A stretch of 44,450 bases of DNA, the filler included, from Sphacelaria rigidula (Eukaryota), in NCBI GenBank assembly GCA_964200075.2. It is 2 parts of 2 records of this genome, joined end to end, with 100 filler letters (N's around TTAATTAATTAA, not from the genome) between each part and the next. Parts side by side here need not be neighbours in the genome. Positions count along the whole stretch, not along the records: positions 22,280 to 44,450 come from CAXNAA020000348.1; 1 more part is not named here. One strand, given 5' to 3'. Position 1 is the first letter of the stretch, and each line of letters starts with the position of its first letter. Both the position numbers and the translations under genes were made by a program. Under the pieces are notes generated by a model that saw nothing but the letters and a program-made list of their open reading frames with translations, was not told where the DNA came from and ran no database searches. Positions 37,871-44,450 of this stretch are shown piece by piece.

Positions 37871-40800
37871 CAGTAGCATGAAGATCCAAAAGACGCCTGA
37901 GATTGTCAACAGCGCTTCATTCATTGATTTGGACAAAAACTGTGCTTGCTTGGGAGCAGTTGGGGCTATCGTCGGCCCTACTGAAGGTTCAAATATGTTC
38001 TCACGCTCAAGTCAAGTAATATCAACCGTGGATAGAATGCGCTCCGAACTAGGACAAACTCTACTGGCTTGAGTTGGCACCCCGGTGCGATCACTGTCAA
38101 AATCAGCCCGCCCTTCTTTTTTTGCGCACCCCAGTGCCAACTAAAAGGCCTTGCTAACCCAAGCACTTCCGGGTATAGTGAAACATGAAGACATATATGA
38201 ATATGAATTGACACTGCAAATGTGGGGAGATAATTTTTCGAACTTTCATCACTAGAGTCTATACATACTTTATGTGATGTGATAGGGGGAGACACCTTGA
38301 GAAGGGTGTAATGGTGTTCACCACGATTGTTCCAGGTTCAGACCTCTGTGTACGTTGTTTGTTTACTCGGCTCAGCAGCGCAGGCTAACCACAGTCGCTC
38401 TCGTGTTGTATCCACACAAGGGAGACAACAAGCAAATAATACAGACCAGAATAGCACTTCTATCACGCAATTGATTGTATCCGAGCTTCATCTATAGCTT
38501 CAGCTACAGAACACAAATACAACACGAACCGAAACAAGCCGAAGCCTTATCAATAAAACACACCGGACAAAACAGCAGCCGGACTACTGCTCTTATATCT
38601 GGGACTCACTTTCTCGCGGTTTGTAGATACTCCACTGGGGAACTGTTGGATCGCAGCCCAAAAACCGGGAATGAAAAGAGAGTGACGCTCGTTGGGGCTG
38701 CTTGCAGCTTCAAACGTGTTTCGCCGCCCCCTAAATCAACATTAACCGAGGTCATGTAATAAAATCCAAAAGCCGTGCTCCTCAATTCATGCCATGGTTG
38801 GGTCACTACCTTTTTTCGAATTCAAATACATGCTCTCCGTAGAACGTCAACCTCAAGGGGCAGCCAATTCTCCGCTATTTGAATATGAAACTGTCCATCA
38901 TTCAATGTCACCTTGCCCAAGATCATGGCTACGTCCTGCAGTCACCTCATATATAGAAGAGCACATGAAAACATACCATCAATCCTTGAGTTGTCATAGC
39001 CTGCTAACAACCAAGAATCCTGGTCGAGGGTGGTCGTTAGCTGCTACATGACCACGTCATGGGAAATCACAGTAGAGTAATAGTTTCAGCAGTACCACCG
39101 ACAGTCTTGCCGCCTGATGTTGAACGAAAAAACGACATTCGCCACGGCCTCATGTAGATTGACTTGACTGCCGGCATAATGCATACCTGTGGAGCAGCGA
39201 CAAAGTTTGTTAACATTATCATCACGTAGTTGACTTCTTCGCGAAATACATGTCTTCCTTCCACCATGACGCCTTTCGAGCTCTTACGTCACCGCTAACC
39301 ACACATATCGCTCATTCACTTGTACCGCCTCCAGACGAGACACGCCTCATTGTCGCGCTGTGACGCTCTGAATCTATTTGTCGTAGCTTTCACGTCCCAG
39401 GACTTCAGCGACACTAAACAGAAGGGGCGAGTGTTGAATGACGCCAATCGATTCTGGAGAGGGAGACACCGCGTAGGGATCGGGAGAAGAAGCTGTCACG
39501 TCGAGAGTTTGAACCTGAACAGTTGGGCCCCTATTTGAGTAAAAACCCACAGCAACGACGGCTAGCAAAAAATAGGGTGCGAAAAGAGCAGGGGGTAGCC
39601 ACTGGATGGCTCAAAGCGGGACGAGTAGCAGGGTATTTCCGTGTTGTACAGTAAGAGTTAACATGGCCACCCTCCTAAACCCCTCGTTTCAGCACCAGTA
39701 TACACACTCCTTCTTCTTAGGTAATCTCTGCTATTTTACAGTACTGTCTAAAAAAGTCTGCTATATATTCTCCACCACGCTCGGTCCTCAGACGTTGAAC
39801 TCGAAGTCCCAAGGGGTTCGCAATTTCTTGAATAAATTTGCACAGTGTTGCTAATTCTTCGTCCTTACTTTAAATGAAGTATGCAATTCTACGTCTGCTG
39901 AAAGCATCAGTAAATTTAGCCATGTACTTGAAAGCTCCTGTTGCTGTAGGTGTCGCTGGTCCAAAAATATCAGTACTGACAAGTTGAAGACGATCGGTGA
40001 TGTTGCCCGCGAGTTGGTTGCCTTTTGGTAAATTTTCTGCCTACTTTTATCGGTCATGCGGGTGTCACACGAAGTAATTGTGTCTTCGAAGGTTACACAT
40101 GATTCTGCAGTTTCTGTACACTGCGCATGATTTGCATATTTCAAGTACCCTTACGAAAAACCATATTAACAGGGGATTTTATAAAATGAGGTTCATCACT
40201 GAAATGAGGTTTGAAGACCCTAGCCGTTGAATATCAAAAAGCCCTCAAGAGTACCGCACGACGCTGCTGATGTGTAATTTTGGGGAGGAGTAGGAAGTGC
40301 GTCCGTGGTTGCACATGCTGCCCATCCCTGGTTAGCTGCGGGCGACGGACCATAACAACGTGTGTTTCAATGTCGACGATGTTCTCGCTCCTGTTTGTCT
40401 CGAGGCTCGTGTTCAGACAGAAATCTCGGGCGTCAAGTTGCTCGTCAGTGACGTGCTGGAGGGATATCACTGCCAACGCAGTCATGTGCCGAGCGGATGA
40501 TTGAGCTTCCATGAAGAATGGGACATGAAAAAGCGTGAATAATTTCCTTCTTTGACGGCCGATGCACAACCTTAATGTTTTATTTCACGACGCAACCGTA
40601 CTGCAAATACCCGTCGAGCTTTCCAATCCGGTTCCAGCGTATATGATGCGGCAATGTCTCAGTCGAAAGAGAAATCGTTGACATCCACCTCAATATCGCT
40701 GCGTACCTTCCCGTCATACACACCATCGCAACACCCCATCATGCTACATGACAGCATCTCGACCCCGCCCTGAACTGTACGTTCGCGTCCGCATCCCTAC

Positions 40801-41625
40801 TGTATGTGAACCTTTTGCCTTCACTCTCCAACTGCGCCACTGCAACTCGAGACTCCAGCGTCATCACTATTACTATTGTAACCACCACCATCATTGCCAT
40901 CGCCGTCACTTCCAGTATCACAGTCGTCATTGTCATCATCGGGGGCCACCTCGTCCCCCAACCCCTCTCGACCCGTGTCGCGTCTGGCCCTCAGCCACCT
41001 TTGCTCGAATCCCGGCCCACCTACGACTAGATCCCCGGGAGTGACCGCGATAGGCTGCTTCGCGGCGAGCCTCCCTTTCCTCTCTCGACCCTCTTGCACA
41101 CTGGCTATTACAGCATGCTGCGTGCCATCTGTGCTGCCTATCGCAGCGGTAATGTAGGAGTCTCTGGGGCCGTTGTGCGGTGTTTTTCGACCCTATCCCC
41201 ATCACAACCCCCTCCCTGCCCGTATCCCATTCCAAGTGGTAGAATGGGCAGGTGTTCAAAACCTCCAAATACAGTGCTGCTTCAGGCTGGCAGGCTTCCC
41301 CGCCGGGTTTTACGAGGCGCCTGAGTTGTCTATTGGATGCGACCAATACCAGGCGAATACATTGCTGATCCAGGATTTCTTGAGGTACCGACTCCACAGC
41401 CTCTCTGGGCGTGTTGTATACCCTGTACTTTCCCCATAAGGGAATTTCAGGGTATACGATCTTCTGCTGGCCAGGCTTCGTTATGAGGAACAGCTCGTTC
41501 ATCTGATTGAACGTCGAACGGTGCGACCGAAATCATGGACAAGGTAGAGACGGCCGGCGGCAACGAACATGAGAAAGTCAGTTCGGGATACGGAGGAGGG
41601 GCGGTGTTTGGAAACAGCGCTCAGA

Positions 41626-41929
41626 CAGGGGTCTCAAAACCACGTTGTGTAGTTTTTCCCGGAACCACATGTCCCCCGGGCATCACGATGTGGACGCGCT
41701 CATAAATGGACCCGAGAAAAACTGTTTTTTTCACGAAGTGCGGTGAAGCGGGAAAAAACTCTGTTCCACGCAGCAAGAAAAAACTACATCTCCAACGGTG
41801 CACGAAGAAAAAACGCGCACACCGGTGTCCCCTTTTCTTATTTGGACCTCTCGGGGGGTAGGGTGAGGGGCGTACTCGTTTCTTGCTTGCCTTAGTCATT
41901 TGACCATTGACCACGCATCGGTTTGAGAC
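41626..41929. mobile_element. Possible hAT-like MITE remnant
   Basis: caggggtctcaaaacc at the left and ggtttgagac at the right. The right end is incomplete and there is no TSD. Confidence 0.3.
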
Positions 41930-42528
41930 GGAACACCGTTCCTACTCGTCATGGACACCCCTCCAACATTTTTGCGCTCATCACGTTCCTTCACGAGCTT
42001 ACCACCTTTTTTCACGTATTGGACGAAAACCTTTCGCATCCCCGTTCTGTTTCACCGTCTTTGGCCACCATCTGTCTCCTAGGAGAGCCATCGTTTTCTC
42101 CCTATTGTCTAATGCGTCAAACGATTGCATACCGCCTTTGTTCACGTCCCGGATTTCTCCCTTTACCACGTCCCGTTCCGTCCCGTTCGGGTAGGGCGGG
42201 GGGGTTACTCATTTGGGCTTTGGGCCAAGCCATAAAAACAATCCCTCCTACGAGAGATATTGTGTTGCGAGGATTGTAATTTTTGCGCCTGCGGCCGAAC
42301 CGCCTGGATTCCCGAAAACGCTGCACAACTTGATGTACGCAGAAGCTGTAACCAACCGCGAATAAGACCATACCGACAGCTACATAGCTGCACAATATTT
42401 CCGATAACAAGACGGCTATCATGCGCGCGAATTGAAGCCAGTACACAGCCGGACAAAATCGGTGGTGCGACGGGAATGGCTACACATGACAAGCCCCGAA
42501 CGCCGGGTGTCGGTCAACTTTCTGCCTA

Positions 42529-44450
42529 TCACTCGTCTTCATCTCCGACATCCATATCTTCATCCCCCACGTCTTCTATAGCGTTTTGTGCTTGTGTAGT
42601 TTCTGCAACAGCGGACCACACATGATGCGGAAGTTTCGTGGATGTGGGAAGCTTAGCGAATTTGCAGCTTATTGCTGCAACGTGCTCGAAGGAAATCGAG
42701 CGTACCCGTTTCCCGTCTGTAATGCGTGAGAGGACCGCGTGCTTAGAGGACCGCGCCGTAGTTAAAAAAACCTCAGGATTGATGTTTATCAAAACCAATC
42801 GGGCCAGTCCTTGCAGGTACCACGCCCCTGACCATAAACCCAACACTAACCCTAACCCTAACCCTAACCATGGGGATGTTCAGAGTCCGATGCGGTCCTC
42901 TAAGCACGCGGTCCTCTCACGCATTACACCGTCTACCATGCGATACTCGGGTGTCCACCCTCCTCTCCCATATCTTGACCGCGGTGCGTTGGCATCTACC
43001 TTCTTTGGCATGTACCACTGAAGTTCCACCTCGTCCCCATCTACCCCCTTCTTCATGGATAAAAATTTCCCGACACAGACCGACAACGGCGAGCTTTTCG
43101 GCTGCGAAAAAGCAACAAACTCTCCGACCTCCACCCTGAATAGCGGCCCCGGCGTTCTACTCAGGCCGCGCCTCCTCCCCCCCCCCCTCCTTGTGGGACA
43201 GGGGAAGCTCCAGTCGCTACTGCACTCCCGGCAACTCTGTCCCTCAACGTAGAAGACGGATCGCTCCTCACTCCAAGAGTCCGGGCCACATCACCCGTGC
43301 TATCGCGTGTACCTGAGTCCAAAGCCCCGCCATCATCATCTGTGTTGTCGTTTGACTCGGGCCTACTGTACAGGAACATACTCCAATCGAAAGGAACAGG
43401 CGTCGACTTCCCTACGTCGATAACGCTTGACGCCAGTTCCGACATCAATGTCCTGTGATATTGGTTCGCCGACAACCCCTCCGGCAGCTCACCTGTGTTA
43501 TTAGACGGTATATTGGCGTATAGTAGGGTGCGTGCAGCCTCCATTAATGATGAGATGGGAAAGCACTGTCCTATCGAGAAAAGTCACCGTGCGGGTGAAT
43601 CACGGGAGTTCGTGTTCGAAAACGTAACACACGGAGCGCGACTATCCATAACTCGACATGGGTGGCCCGTGCAATATGGTCCGCCGTACGTACAAGGGTC
43701 CCTGTTCCAGCGAGTGTAAAAATCGGTGCCTACCCGTGTTTACAGCAAATAAGACAACGTTATCTTTTTTCGCACCACCGTGACGCATGGCACTGACCAA
43801 CTGGGCTACGTCATGACTAAGACTTCTCGGTGGGGGGGGTGCTTGGGTAACGCTTCACCAAGACCACCTGTGCAATTTCCAGCGGCCGTACAGGCACCAC
43901 CGTATTTGGGATGCTCAGACACTCACCGACGCTGTGGCAGTAAGTCTTGATCCGTCGCTCGGAAGCCTCGATGCACAAGCGGTGCTGGTTCAGGGTGTGG
44001 TCGTCCACCACTTTCCGTGGGTGATCAGGTGTATCCCGCAGGTCAGCTCAGCTCTTCATGATGGTCATGTACCCCTCGCCGTACTCGCCGTTCCTTTTTT
44101 TCGAAGCATCACAAACGAGCGGACGGCCACGGTTTGCACTATTCATATATATTATGCTCCATGCTCAACCCTTTCTCATCGGACCCTGTCTTTCGATCCT
44201 GAAAGAGCAACCGCGACTAGTTGTGAAAGAAAACCTGAAGAATCTGCAAACATATATATATATATTTCAATCCTCGGATGCTATCCTACACGACGCACCT
44301 GTTGATCACGCCCCAATCGTCCCTGTAGCTTCTTTCCTGCACTTGCATCTTGACTAAGCCGTCCGTAGGATCTCTCGACACCTTGAACGCCTGCGGCTTC
44401 GTGACAGAGGGAATCGGATACATGCAGCCGACGAGAAGGTCCCGGATATT
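42529..44450 (-). pseudogene. C-terminal part of an intron-containing DNA-transposon protein (Sola-like/DUF7869-like), inactivated
   Basis: It reads ..VTKPQAFKVSRDPTDGLVKMQVQERSYRDDWG.., then a GT-AG intron (44298-44094) and an in-frame TGA at 44050-44048. A further donor lies at 43926, then a low-complexity linker, VGEFVAF..GK..VELQWYMP..GGWTPEY and an acidic tail. It is interrupted by a MITE. The family call comes from motif recollection. Confidence 0.5.
42718..42928. mobile_element. MITE (211 bp) with perfect 37-bp TIRs, TGT...ACA ends, 5-bp TSD and internal telomeric-type repeats; Ginger/TDD-like termini
   Basis: TIRs at 42718-42754 and 42892-42928 are exact reverse complements. TSD CCGTC at 42713-42717 and 42929-42933. 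(CTAACC)4 at 42846-42869. Removing the element restores the host frame RMVDG/KRVRS. Confidence 0.92.

Noticed and set aside
42846..42869. Chromosome end or true telomere
   Set aside because: Only four units, internal to a TIR element.

Overview
Eukaryotic, intron-rich and transposon-littered DNA. Intron style, gene content and repeat types suggest a brown alga or related ochrophyte; this is an inference. Three spliced host genes can be reconstructed with consistent intron phases. (1) A + strand GTP 3',8-cyclase (CNX2/MOCS1A/MoaA, 7 exons, 6975-11617, 5' end unresolved). (2) The last four exons of a - strand sedoheptulose-1,7-bisphosphatase (20374-17806), whose 5' half is not found before an artificial assembly join at 22180-22279. 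(3) A + strand coiled-coil protein resembling QRICH2/C16orf96 (DUF4795), with 14 exons over 25956-33652 and one well-supported plus one likely GC-AG intron. The rest is mostly decayed mobile DNA: a DIRS/Ngaro RT relic, the 5' half of an RTE-like LINE, tRNA-derived SINEs, a three-copy palindromic repeat family, several MITEs and an intron-containing, possibly Sola-like transposase relic. I cannot support a clear new multi-gene system. The best leads are a tandem-PAM2 micro-ORF (4041-4190), a covarying RNA structure in the SINE 3' domain, and a Ginger-like MITE carrying telomeric repeats.
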